From Polyangiaceae bacterium (GTDB lineage Bacteria > Myxococcota_A > Polyangia > Polyangiales > Polyangiaceae): a DNA stretch of 64,000 nucleotides. Positions 49,008 to 58,459 of this stretch are shown here, one piece after another. The stretch covers positions 832,001 to 896,000 of the forward strand of contig CBDCTZ010000014.1 in assembly GCA_965222375.1 (NCBI GenBank), given 5' to 3'. Made by a program: the position numbers and the translations under genes. The notes beneath the pieces were generated by a model that was not told the origin of the DNA, ran no database searches, and saw only the letters and a program-made list of their open reading frames with translations. Every line of letters begins with the position of its first letter. Positions within the stretch are counted from its first letter, which is position 1.

Positions 49008-49757
49008 ATGGGCAAGTTTCGAAACGTAGGCGTCGGGCTCTCGCTTGGCCTGGCGGTCGCCACGCTGGGCACTGCTGCGGCGGGTGAGCCTCGGCGGGTG
49101 CGGCGACCGGTGCTTGCGTTGACGCCAGCGCAGAGCTTTTCCTGGGCGGCCGGCGGCGCCACGGTCCAGAGAGCGGGGCCGCCACCGGCTGAGTTTCGGC
49201 GTGCGTTTTTCCGGGTGCAACGGGCGATGGCGCCGGTGTGTGGCAAGCGCTGTGGCGCGGTGGTGCTGGTGCGGGACAACAAGATGACGAGTGCCGGGCA
49301 GGCTCGCCCAGGACGGGGCTACACCACTTTGGCCGTCAATCCGGCGAATGCGGTTGGGTGGAAGCTGGCGTTCGGGCACAACGGGCCGCTGCTCGTGATG
49401 GCACATGAATACGCTCACCACCTGGACATCCAGAACAGACTTGGGGGCGTGGCGACGGGCGACGAATGGCCTGCGGAGCTCTTGGCGGACACGATTGCGG
49501 GCTGCGCTCTGGCTCGGAGCGGGGTTTCATGGCGCAAGCTGGCGCGAGCGTTGCGTTTCGTACGGAGTGTCGACTTCGACCATTACTTTGACCACCCTCA
49601 CGGTGCCGATGTGGCGCGAGCACTCCGCGCAGGTCACAAGCGTTGCCTGGCACGCAACCCTCCGACTCTGGAGGAACTCGTGCGCGATACCCGCGACGTC
49701 TGGCGCGTGTTTCGGCCGGGACCGCTTCGCGAGGTGGTTCGATCTAGGCGTCGCTAG
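49008..49757 (+). CDS. Putative exported zinc metallopeptidase
   Basis: Signal peptide, VMAHEYAHH, ELLADTIAGC and DHP. Confidence 0.75.
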   Translation: MGKFRNVGVGLSLGLAVATLGTAAAGEPRRVRRPVLALTPAQSFSWAAGGATVQRAGPPPAEFRRAFFRVQRAMAPVCGKRCGAVVLVRDNKMTSAGQARPGRGYTTLAVNPANAVGWKLAFGHNGPLLVMAHEYAHHLDIQNRLGGVATGDEWPAELLADTIAGCALARSGVSWRKLARALRFVRSVDFDHYFDHPHGADVARALRAGHKRCLARNPPTLEELVRDTRDVWRVFRPGPLREVVRSRRR

Positions 49758-49758
49758 A

Positions 49759-50181
49759 TCAAGTCTTCAGGAAGCGCTTGGGGTTCTGATTGAAGCGCGC
49801 GGCGCAGCCGGGACAGCATACGGGGTACTTCTTCCCCTCGTGGTTGACGAACACCGTGTTGGGGCGCACGACGAACTTCCCTCCGCTGACTACACAGGTC
49901 GTGCGGTCTCCGAGCTTGGCCTGGTGGGATGGGACGAGGGTCTTGCCGGCTTTAGCGGCCTGCTTGCCTTGGCAACCGCAGCTTTCACCTTTCGCGACCT
50001 TGTTGCCACCGCCGCAGCACGAGCCCGTGGCTTCGTCTCCACAAACGCCGCCTTTCTGCGCCACCGTTTTCGTGGCCGTGGCTGAGTTCGTTTTCGCTGC
50101 CTTCTGACCCTCGGGTTGGGGGCGTTCCTCGGTCATGCAGCCGGGCAGCAATAAGGCAAAAGAGAGGGCAAAAACGCGCAT
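49759..50181 (-). CDS. YHS/TRASH-like metal-binding lipoprotein
   Basis: LLPGC lipobox; TCVVSG...EGKKYPVCCPGCAARFNQNPKRF. Confidence 0.78.
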   Translation of the reverse strand: MRVFALSFALLLPGCMTEERPQPEGQKAAKTNSATATKTVAQKGGVCGDEATGSCCGGGNKVAKGESCGCQGKQAAKAGKTLVPSHQAKLGDRTTCVVSGGKFVVRPNTVFVNHEGKKYPVCCPGCAARFNQNPKRFLKT

Positions 50182-50228
50182 GGCGCTTAGCCTAGCGTCT
50201 CCCACGGAGGGTTCAAGCCCTCTGGCGC

Positions 50229-51200
50229 CTAGCGGGTGATGGGTTCGGGGTGGTTGAAGCCCCAGCCGAACTGAAAGTGGGCGTAAAACGCGCCGCCCGA
50301 GGGGCGGTCGAACTTGCGCTCTTCGCCGGCGTCGCAGGGGGGCGGGCTGGAGCTGAAGTCCTCGCAACGGCCGGTGACCTCGCCGCCGAAACCCCGACCG
50401 AATCCGACCTCGAAACCGAAGCGAGCACCGTCGTGGGTTACCCACTCGAAAGGCACGCTCATGCCGAGGAAGGTGCCGTAGGCCGAACGTTCCGTCCGGT
50501 TGACGATGATGCCGGGAGAAAACGCAAAGCTCTGGCGGGACACGACGGCGAAACCAAGGCTGCCACCGTAAACCAGGATCGGAGGGTCCGAGGCCTGTGC
50601 AACGAAACCGTCGGGCAGATCATCGTTGCCAAAAGCTCCCGATTGTTCCGCCAGGTCGTCGTCAGGCTCGCTGGTCAGCATGATGAAGCGCGCTGCGACC
50701 CGTACCCGGCCGCCCAAGTACGCTCCAGCTTGCATCCCGACGTTGAACAGATGGTCGAAGCGTTTGTCCAGAGCGATGCCCGCGACGAGCAGGTCGAGAA
50801 ACGGCGAAGTTTGGGTCGCCGCGTCGTCCGGGTACTTGGGTTTGGGCTCCGGCTGCGGCCCAGGTTGCGGAGGTCCGTAGCCCGGGGGGTGACCTGGACC
50901 TGGCCCGACCGGGTAGGGACCGTAGGCTGGCGGCGCCCCACCGGGAGGATAGGTGTACTGGGGCGGGTAGCCCGGTGGATAGGTGGGCGGTGGTTGAGCA
51001 GGTGGCGGCTGCGGTGCGGGAGCGGGCGCCGCGGCAGGCGGCTGCGCGCCGGGCGCTGGCTCTGCTCCGGGCGGTGGGGGTGGCGTGTCTGTGCCCGAGG
51101 GCGCCGGAGTGGTCGGGGGCAGCTCGCCGGTCTGCGCCCACGCGCTCGGCGCGAACGCGGCGGTCAGAAGGACCAACAATATGGGGCTACTCCAGCGCAT
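50229..51200 (-). CDS. Pro-rich exported protein with beta-rich C-terminal domain
   Basis: Signal peptide ending AWA-Q, PPGY repeats, C-terminal FQFGWGF. Confidence 0.75.
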   Translation of the reverse strand: MRWSSPILLVLLTAAFAPSAWAQTGELPPTTPAPSGTDTPPPPPGAEPAPGAQPPAAAPAPAPQPPPAQPPPTYPPGYPPQYTYPPGGAPPAYGPYPVGPGPGHPPGYGPPQPGPQPEPKPKYPDDAATQTSPFLDLLVAGIALDKRFDHLFNVGMQAGAYLGGRVRVAARFIMLTSEPDDDLAEQSGAFGNDDLPDGFVAQASDPPILVYGGSLGFAVVSRQSFAFSPGIIVNRTERSAYGTFLGMSVPFEWVTHDGARFGFEVGFGRGFGGEVTGRCEDFSSSPPPCDAGEERKFDRPSGGAFYAHFQFGWGFNHPEPITR

Positions 51201-51248
51201 GCATGCACTCCAGCGGTCAGCTCGTGTTCTACCGTCGGGTCGATTACC

Positions 51249-52019
51249 ATGGGGGCTGTGATGTGGGAACGGCTGAGCGGTATCACCCTCGCGCTGTGCT
51301 TGATCAGCGGCTCTGCCGCCGCACAAGCGGACCCGGACACGTTGGCACGCCGGCATTTCGAGTCCGGCGTCGCCTACCTCGTGGAGAGCGACTACGACAA
51401 CGCCCTCAAGGCGTTCGAGAAAGCCTACGAGCTATCCAAGCGCCCGGACCTGTTGCTCAATATCGCAACGGTACACGAGCGAACCTCCAAGCTCGACTTG
51501 GCGATCGATGCGCTCCAGCGCTACCTGGCAGTCGCGCCGGAAGGTGAGCAGAAGGACACCGTGCGTCTGCGCCTGGCCAACCTGGAGAAGCGAAAGGCCG
51601 AGCAAGATCGTCAGGCGGCCCAGGCGCAAACCACAGTCTCGGGCCCGCGCCGGCCCGGGCCCCTCGACGGCGAGCCTGGAATTGTAGACGTGCGAAAACA
51701 CAACCGCGTGCCTGCCTACATTGCCTTTGGTGCTGGGGGACTAGCCCTGACGGGCGCGATCATCACGGGCATCATGGCCCAGAACGAGCACAGCGAAGTC
51801 GAGGACCGCTGTAGCCCGAATTGCACCCAAGATGACATCAGCAGTGGCAAGCGGTTGGCGCTGGTGAGCACCGTGCTCACCGGGGCTGCGGTGGTCGGCG
51901 CTGGGGTCGGGCTGGTGCTCTGGTTCGGTGATGAGGGCAAACTCACGAGTGCGAAGCTGCGAGTCTCCGGCATGGCGCATCCGCAGGGCGCAGGAGCCCG
52001 CGCTGCGTTCACCTTCTAG
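51249..52019 (+). CDS. Tetratricopeptide repeat protein
   Basis: ARRHFESGVAY..YDNALKAFEKAYEL..LLLNIA; two C-terminal hydrophobic segments. Exact start uncertain (51249, 51258 or 51261). Confidence 0.85.
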   Translation: MGAVMWERLSGITLALCLISGSAAAQADPDTLARRHFESGVAYLVESDYDNALKAFEKAYELSKRPDLLLNIATVHERTSKLDLAIDALQRYLAVAPEGEQKDTVRLRLANLEKRKAEQDRQAAQAQTTVSGPRRPGPLDGEPGIVDVRKHNRVPAYIAFGAGGLALTGAIITGIMAQNEHSEVEDRCSPNCTQDDISSGKRLALVSTVLTGAAVVGAGVGLVLWFGDEGKLTSAKLRVSGMAHPQGAGARAAFTF

Positions 52020-53703
52020 AGACCCGATCAAATTCTAGCGGCGGCGTCGAAATACAAAGCAAGTTCGATCGCTTAGAAGCCAGGATCGACGCGCCGGGCG
52101 TGTAGTGATCAAACGGGGTCAGGAGGACCCCATGGAGATCTGGAAGGCGCCGGTCGAGCTGTCGCGTGGTGAGAAGTTCATCGCAAAGCGATGTGCGAAA
52201 CGCAGAGTATTCGTATTCCTGCGCGAGCTGCGACATAGGATTTTTGACGAAGAGATGCAGGCGAAGCTGACGGAGGCATATTCGCCCGTGGAGCGGGGGC
52301 GTGGTCGCGTCCCGCCTGCTCAACTCGGCCTTGCGATGTTGCTGCAGGCCGCGCTGCGTGTGCCCGACCACGAGGTGGTTGAGCTTACGTTGATGGATCG
52401 CCGCTGGCAAATGGTGCTCAACTGTGCGGGAATCGAAGTGCCGCTCTTCTCGCAAGGCACGTTTTACAACTTTCGCCAGCGCGTCATTGCGCATGGGCTC
52501 GACGAGCTGCTCTTCAACAAGACGGTCGAACTCGCACGCGAGACGGGCGGATTCAGTGCAACGCACCTGCGTGCTGCATTCGACGCCAGCCCACTATGGG
52601 GCGCGGGTCGCGTCGAGGACACCTTCAATCTCATCGGGCGCGCCTCGCTACACGTCGTTCGCACGGCAGCGCGGCGGCTCGGTCAACCCGTCGACAAGGT
52701 CGCGGCTGCTGCGGGGATCCCAGTACTCAACGCCACCAGCATCAAGACAGGGCTCGACATCGACTGGGACGACCCTGGGGCGCGCACCAAGGCGCTCGGT
52801 CGACTGCTCAAGCAGGTACAGTCACTCGGCCGCTTTCTCGAAAAAGAGCTGACGAAACCGCTGAAAGAAGCGCCGCTGGCCGGGCAGTGGGCACTGGTGG
52901 AAAAGCTCGTCTCGCAGGACACCGAGCCCGATCCAGACGGGGACGGAGGGAGCCGGATCACACGCGGCGTGGCGAAGGACCGACGCATTAGCGTGAGTGA
53001 CCCCGACATGCGTCATGGCCGCAAGAGCAAGAAGAAACGCATCGACGGCTACAAGCGACACATCGCGATACAGCTCGATACGCCCGGCATCATCTGCGCC
53101 GTCGCGATCACCCCCGCGAATCGTCCTGAACGTGTCGCTTCGGCAGAATTACTCGAACAGTGCGGCTCCGTTTCAGAACTCTACATCGATCGAGGCTACC
53201 TTGGCGACGATGCGATCGAATCCCGTCGCGCCGAAGGAACAGAGGTTTTCTGCAAACCGTTTCCGTTGCGCAACGGCGGGCGCTTCACCAAGGCCGATTT
53301 CAAGCTCGATCTGGCTGCGGGAATCGCCCGTTGTCCCGAAGGCGTTGCGGTTAAAGCGAGCGCTGGCTCCGTCGCTCGCTTCCCAGCTGCCCGCTGCGAT
53401 GTATGTCGCAGCCGCGACGACTGCACGCGCGCCGCCCCGGGGCGTGGCCGCAGCGTCACGCTACACCCCCATGAGCCCTTCCACATCCAGCTGCGCGAAA
53501 ACGCCCGCACGCGCGAAGGCCGCGCCCGCCTTCGCAAGCGTACTGCCGTCGAACACAGCCTCGCGACCCTGCATAACCGCCAAGGCGACCGTGCTCGCTA
53601 CCGTGGTCAGCGCAACAACCTCTTCGACCTCCGCCGGCACGCTGCTCTCAGCAACCTGAGCGTTATCGATCAGTTGCGAGTTGCCGCTTAAGTGGTCAGG
53701 CCC
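52020..53703 (+). mobile_element. Insertion sequence, IS1182/IS5-like, with 4-bp CTAG target duplication
   Basis: CTAG at 52016-52019 and 53704-53707; imperfect terminal inverted repeats AGACCCGATCA versus GGGCCTGACCA (reverse complement of right end). Confidence 0.75.
52132..53691 (+). CDS. DDE transposase (IS1182-like architecture)
   Basis: AGGAGG RBS; DASPL, SDPDMRHGRK, GYKRH, YIDRGY, CP..C..C zinc-like motif and RTAVEHS. Confidence 0.9.
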   Translation: MEIWKAPVELSRGEKFIAKRCAKRRVFVFLRELRHRIFDEEMQAKLTEAYSPVERGRGRVPPAQLGLAMLLQAALRVPDHEVVELTLMDRRWQMVLNCAGIEVPLFSQGTFYNFRQRVIAHGLDELLFNKTVELARETGGFSATHLRAAFDASPLWGAGRVEDTFNLIGRASLHVVRTAARRLGQPVDKVAAAAGIPVLNATSIKTGLDIDWDDPGARTKALGRLLKQVQSLGRFLEKELTKPLKEAPLAGQWALVEKLVSQDTEPDPDGDGGSRITRGVAKDRRISVSDPDMRHGRKSKKKRIDGYKRHIAIQLDTPGIICAVAITPANRPERVASAELLEQCGSVSELYIDRGYLGDDAIESRRAEGTEVFCKPFPLRNGGRFTKADFKLDLAAGIARCPEGVAVKASAGSVARFPAARCDVCRSRDDCTRAAPGRGRSVTLHPHEPFHIQLRENARTREGRARLRKRTAVEHSLATLHNRQGDRARYRGQRNNLFDLRRHAALSNLSVIDQLRVAA

Positions 53704-53727
53704 CTAGGTGCCCTCAGGCCTGACGGG

Positions 53728-55764
53728 CTAGGCCCGCCGCTCTTCGAATTTGGCGATCAGGTCGTGGGCGATCCGCGCGGGCACGGCGTCGTAGTGGCTG
53801 AGCTCCATGCTGTAGCTTCCACGCCCCTTGGTCATGCTCTTTAGCGCTGGTTCGTAGTCCATCATGTCGGATAGGGGGACCGACGCTTTCACCACGGACC
53901 TGCCACTGCCCATCATGTCGGTACCGACGACCTTGCCCCGGCGGCTCGATAGATCCCCGGTTATCGCACCGACATTTTCTCCTGGCGCGCTCACCTCGAC
54001 ATTGACGACGGGTTCGAGAACCTGTGGATTAGCCTTGAGAAAGGCGTCCTTGAACGCAAACTTGCCAGCGGTTTTGAAGGCGATTTCCTTGCTGTCCACG
54101 GAGTGGGTCTTGCCGTCGAAGACCGTCACGCGCACGTCCTCGATGGGGTAACCGGCGACGATGCCTTGACGCATGATCTCGCGAATCCCCTTTTCGATGG
54201 CGGGCATGAAGCCCTTGGGAATGACTCCGCCGACGATCTTGTCGATGAACTCGAAACCACCCCCGCGTTCGAGGGGCTCGACACGAAGCTTCACTTCGCC
54301 GAACTGGCCAGCGCCACCGCTCTGTTTCTTGTGTCGATAGTGGCCCTCGGCGTTGCCCAAGATCGTTTCGTGGTAGGCGATCTTGGGCGGCTTGGTCTCG
54401 ACTTCGACGCCCTGGTTCTTGATCCGCTCGATCACCAGGCTTAGGTGCAACTCGCCCAGCCCATAGACGACCAGCTCGTGGGTTTCCGGGTCGAAGTGGG
54501 CGTCGAAGGTCGGGTCCTCTTCCTGGATGCGACCCAGGACCGCGGCAATCTTGTCTTCGTCGCCGCGAGTCTTGGGTACGACGGCAAGGGCATGCAAAGG
54601 CTTGGGGTAGGGCAAGGGCTTGTGGTGTACGTGGTCTAGTGCGTGGTCGTCGTGTAGGACATCGCTCAAGTGGAGGTCTTCGACTTTCGCGATCGCACCC
54701 ATGTCGCCGGCTACAATCTGCTTAACTGCGGCTCGCTGCTTGCCTTGCATCTGGTAGACGTGAGTCAAGCGCAGGGGCTTCTTACCGTCACCGATGAAGA
54801 GCTGGTCGCCGGCCTTCAACGTGCCCTGGTAGACCCGGAACATGCAGAGCTTGCCCAAGTATGGATCTGTCGTGACGTGAAAGACGCGGGCAAGGAGGGG
54901 CTCGCTCGCGTCGTCGGAATAGACGAAGGGCTTTTCGTCCTCGCCCGAGCCGATGAAGAACGGGCGTGGATTCCCTTCTGGAGGGCTCGGAAAGTGCCGC
55001 ACCATGGTGTCGAGCAGAGCTTTCACCCCCGCGCCACTCAAGGCGTCCGTGAAACAGATCGGGATGACGTGGGCTTGATCCATTGCGCGTTCGAAGGGCT
55101 CATGAAGCGCTTCGTAGTTTGGCTCTTCCCCCTCGAGGTAGCGCTCCATGAGGGCGTCGTCGATCTCGACAATTTGATCGAGCAACTTCGTATGGAAGCC
55201 AGCTACGGGTCCCAGATCACTTTCGCCCTTGCCGTTCAGGAGGCAGTCGACGACCTTCGTGCTGCCATCTGCCGGCAGATTGATTGGCAAGCAACCGCTG
55301 CCAAAAGCGTCCGTGAGTTCGGCTAGAAACGGTTCCAGCTGCTCGGTGGCATCTCCGATGTGACTGACCACGATGGCAATGGGCAGATCGAGGCTCTTGG
55401 CCAGCTTGACCAAGCGACGGCTCAGACTATCGATGCCAGCCTCTGGGTCCATGACCAGCAACATCGTCTCCGCCGCGGGTAGGCACGCGATCGCTTGCCC
55501 GATGAAATCTGACGCTCCCGGTAGGTCTAGGAAGTTGATCCGCTTGCCCCGGTGGGTGGCGTGCAAGAGCGTGGAGTAGACGGAATAGTGGTGGGCCTGC
55601 TCCTCTTTCTCGAAGTCGCTAGCCGAGGTTCCGGCGTCGACGGCCCCCTGGCGGCTGACCTCTCCAGCGTGGAACAGAAGCGCGTCGGCGAGGGTGGTTT
55701 TTCCGCTAGAACGCGCGCCAGCTAGCAGTACGTTGTGGATATCCCCGGTGCCAAAGTCAGCCAT
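53728..55764 (-). CDS. Elongation factor G paralogue (EF-G2/FusA2-like)
   Basis: GKTTL, DLPG, GLGELHL, HKKQSGGAGQFGEV, DGKTHSVDS and LSSRRG; full five-domain length. Confidence 0.92.
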   Translation of the reverse strand: MADFGTGDIHNVLLAGARSSGKTTLADALLFHAGEVSRQGAVDAGTSASDFEKEEQAHHYSVYSTLLHATHRGKRINFLDLPGASDFIGQAIACLPAAETMLLVMDPEAGIDSLSRRLVKLAKSLDLPIAIVVSHIGDATEQLEPFLAELTDAFGSGCLPINLPADGSTKVVDCLLNGKGESDLGPVAGFHTKLLDQIVEIDDALMERYLEGEEPNYEALHEPFERAMDQAHVIPICFTDALSGAGVKALLDTMVRHFPSPPEGNPRPFFIGSGEDEKPFVYSDDASEPLLARVFHVTTDPYLGKLCMFRVYQGTLKAGDQLFIGDGKKPLRLTHVYQMQGKQRAAVKQIVAGDMGAIAKVEDLHLSDVLHDDHALDHVHHKPLPYPKPLHALAVVPKTRGDEDKIAAVLGRIQEEDPTFDAHFDPETHELVVYGLGELHLSLVIERIKNQGVEVETKPPKIAYHETILGNAEGHYRHKKQSGGAGQFGEVKLRVEPLERGGGFEFIDKIVGGVIPKGFMPAIEKGIREIMRQGIVAGYPIEDVRVTVFDGKTHSVDSKEIAFKTAGKFAFKDAFLKANPQVLEPVVNVEVSAPGENVGAITGDLSSRRGKVVGTDMMGSGRSVVKASVPLSDMMDYEPALKSMTKGRGSYSMELSHYDAVPARIAHDLIAKFEERRA

Positions 55765-55933
55765 GCCCGCATATGAAGCAAATGTTGGGCACGCCCGCAA
55801 GCGGACCCAGGTGACTAGCTGACATGTCGCAGCTAGACCGACGCCGGATCCTTGCCTCGGCGCTGAGAACGGCGCCCGGATGGGGAGGCACCGTGTGACG
55901 CAGGGGGTACAGGCGACGGGAGGCAGCGTGCGC

Positions 55934-58429
55934 TCAGTTTGCGCTCAAAGTGAGTCGCTTCGCATCTGGCGGAGCGTGAATCACCGTGAGGGGCCGGGGA
56001 GCCGAGACGAAGGCGTGAGTTCCCGGAGTTGCGCTTACCGCGGCCGCGTCGGCTACTTTTTTCGACGGCACATCATCGATGCTCACTGCGCCAGGTGCCG
56101 CACTGCCGAAGACTTCGACGATGAAGCCTTGGCGAAACACGCTACCAGCGTCGAGTTTGACTTGGTGGGAACCGCCCGCAGTGGATTGAGTGATTCGCGT
56201 GCCGTCGTACACCGCGAACTCCGAGTCCTCACCGGGTGCGATACGAACGGTGAGTTTTCCCGGGTCCGTCGCGAAAGAGTCGACTCGCGTGGGCTCCTCG
56301 GTCGGACTGATCGTATCGATGCTCGGTCGAAGCATGACCACGATGCCGCCAGCGCGTAGATAGAGGGGCAGGGTGTCCAGGGGCGCGTCCACGGAAACGT
56401 TGGCTGGCCCCGTGATCACGCTGCTATCCCACCAGGAGTGAAAGTCGCCTTCGGGGACCTCGATGCTCCGGCTGCGCGCACCTCGCTGAACTACCGGGGC
56501 GACCAAGAGATGGTCGCCTAGCAGGTAGTCGTAGTTGGGGTGTGCCGAGTTCTCGGGATGCGCCAGCCCCATGGCGCGTTGAATCGGACGCCCATCTTCG
56601 GCCAGGCGCTTCGCGTAGCTCCAGATATAGGGAAACAAACGCAGATGCAGCCGCGTGTACCGACGATAGAGATCCAGCACTTCGGCGTCGAAGCCGTTTT
56701 CGGCAGTTGGCTCCCAGGCAACGTCGTTCGAGCTGGTGCCCACTTGCATGACCGTGCTCAGGGCAGTCTGCTGGAACCAACGGATGAAGACTTCCTTGTC
56801 CGGCGGAGAGTGCCGGTAGCCACCCGTGTCGGCGCCGTAGAAGGGAAAGCCCGAGGGTCCCAGGCTGAGCCCGGCGATGAGGGAGGCTGGAAGCCCGCCG
56901 ACGGCTTTGTAGGATTTGCCGTCTTTGTCTTTTCTGAGCTCGCCGTGGAGCGAAAAGTCGGCATCCAGATCTCCGGGCCAGACCACGCTGACGTTCTTCT
57001 GGTCGCCATAGGTGCCCGCGCGGCAGAGCAAGAAGTGGTCCTCGTCCTTCAACAGCTCCGCGTAGGTGGAGTGGTAGTAGAGCTGGTAACGAGAGTGCAT
57101 CGTGCGGTCCGTGCTGCCATCCGAAAACTCCCAGCCCGTCCCCGCGCTGAAGGCGTTTGGCACGATGTCTTCGCCGTAGTCGAGTTTGAACCCCGCAACG
57201 CCGCGATCCACGTATTTCTTGATTTGGGTCTGCCACCACGCCTTGGCTGCGTCGTTGGTCAAGTCGATGGGTTTGCCCCATTTGTTGAACAGCACACCGG
57301 ACTTTGGTGGGAAGAAGCCGCCGGCGGTCGCTTCTGCGCGTAGGCTTTCGGTGGCCGGGTCCTTTTCGTCCAAATAGGGCGTGTGCCAGAGCGCTGTGCG
57401 GAACCCCAATCGCTTCATCTTGGCAAGCATCGCGTCGGAGTCAGGGAACTGGCTCGCCTTGAAGTCGAAGGTATTGACCGCCGTGGCGTAGGGGCGGTCG
57501 ATCCAGTACGCAGTCGTGGCCAGGTCCAGATCCCGAATTGCGTCCAGATCGGCTTCCACTTGCGCCTGGTCGTCGTTTTCATCGCGCCAGACCCAGGGGC
57601 CGAGGGCCCAGGGGCCGGGCAGGCGCGGGTTGCCCGTGACTTCGTAGTAGCGCTTGGTGACATCCAGGGGGTGCGCAGCCGTAAGAAGGTGCACGTCCAA
57701 GCCCTCCGCGGAGGTGTCTGCGGTACCGAAGATCGCCTCGATCCGGGTGTCCTCGGTTTTCGCGACGTCGAATACGCCCGGGTAGGGGCTTTCTACGAAC
57801 AGTCCCCAACCGCGCGTACCGATCAGTAGCGGGATCGGCACGTGGGCCTCGTTATAGCTGCTCTCCAGATCCGCGAGCTCCAATTGCATGGCCCGGAGCT
57901 TTCCGCGATTGTTGACGTCATCGAAGAGCTCGCCCATTCCGTACAAGCCCTCGGAGGGGTCGATGTCGGCGCCAACGCCCAGGAACACGATCGTACGCGG
58001 GCTGTCCTCGGGGCTGAACTTGGCGGAGAAGCGTTCGCTGCCGCCGCTGTGGATCACGAAGCGCGATGTCAGCCCACCCTCGTGGCGGATCGACACTTCG
58101 ATGCTCTCCTTGTTGGAGTGGGTGAGCTTGGCGCTCTGGCCGCGATGCCAGGTCAGCCCCGCCGGGGGAGCGTTGCCCGGGGCCTCCGCGAGAATCGGAT
58201 ACGGGTCGTAGCTCCGAGTGGCGTCCCACTCGTCCACGCTGCCCAAGACGAAGGCGCTGGGCGGGAGCTTCAATAAGTCTTGGCCGGCCCGATGTAGCCG
58301 AACCCCGAAGCTGCCCACGCTAACCGTGGCTTCGCCGCTGTTCAGCTGGGCCGTGGGAGGCTGGTCGGGCTCGCCGTCCCCGCAGCCCCATACAAGAAGG
58401 AGCAACCCCACGCCGGCAACGCGTTTCAC
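55934..58429 (-). CDS. Glycoside hydrolase family 31 lipoprotein
   Basis: WIDRPY, GFKLDYGE, WPGD, GADTGGY, LFPYIWS and YLLGDHLLVAPV. Confidence 0.9.
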   Translation of the reverse strand: MKRVAGVGLLLLVWGCGDGEPDQPPTAQLNSGEATVSVGSFGVRLHRAGQDLLKLPPSAFVLGSVDEWDATRSYDPYPILAEAPGNAPPAGLTWHRGQSAKLTHSNKESIEVSIRHEGGLTSRFVIHSGGSERFSAKFSPEDSPRTIVFLGVGADIDPSEGLYGMGELFDDVNNRGKLRAMQLELADLESSYNEAHVPIPLLIGTRGWGLFVESPYPGVFDVAKTEDTRIEAIFGTADTSAEGLDVHLLTAAHPLDVTKRYYEVTGNPRLPGPWALGPWVWRDENDDQAQVEADLDAIRDLDLATTAYWIDRPYATAVNTFDFKASQFPDSDAMLAKMKRLGFRTALWHTPYLDEKDPATESLRAEATAGGFFPPKSGVLFNKWGKPIDLTNDAAKAWWQTQIKKYVDRGVAGFKLDYGEDIVPNAFSAGTGWEFSDGSTDRTMHSRYQLYYHSTYAELLKDEDHFLLCRAGTYGDQKNVSVVWPGDLDADFSLHGELRKDKDGKSYKAVGGLPASLIAGLSLGPSGFPFYGADTGGYRHSPPDKEVFIRWFQQTALSTVMQVGTSSNDVAWEPTAENGFDAEVLDLYRRYTRLHLRLFPYIWSYAKRLAEDGRPIQRAMGLAHPENSAHPNYDYLLGDHLLVAPVVQRGARSRSIEVPEGDFHSWWDSSVITGPANVSVDAPLDTLPLYLRAGGIVVMLRPSIDTISPTEEPTRVDSFATDPGKLTVRIAPGEDSEFAVYDGTRITQSTAGGSHQVKLDAGSVFRQGFIVEVFGSAAPGAVSIDDVPSKKVADAAAVSATPGTHAFVSAPRPLTVIHAPPDAKRLTLSAN

Positions 58430-58459
58430 GGCGCGAAGTATACGGCGGTCAGCCAGGTC

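Noticed and set aside
50250..51248. N-terminal part of the 589-aa ORF 50250-52019
   Set aside because: Antisense shadow of the Pro-rich gene; the real TPR protein begins near 51249-51261 with a signal peptide.
55815..55836. CTAGCTG-N8-CAGCTAG hairpin as a terminator
   Set aside because: No U-tract and a short stem; function cannot be supported.
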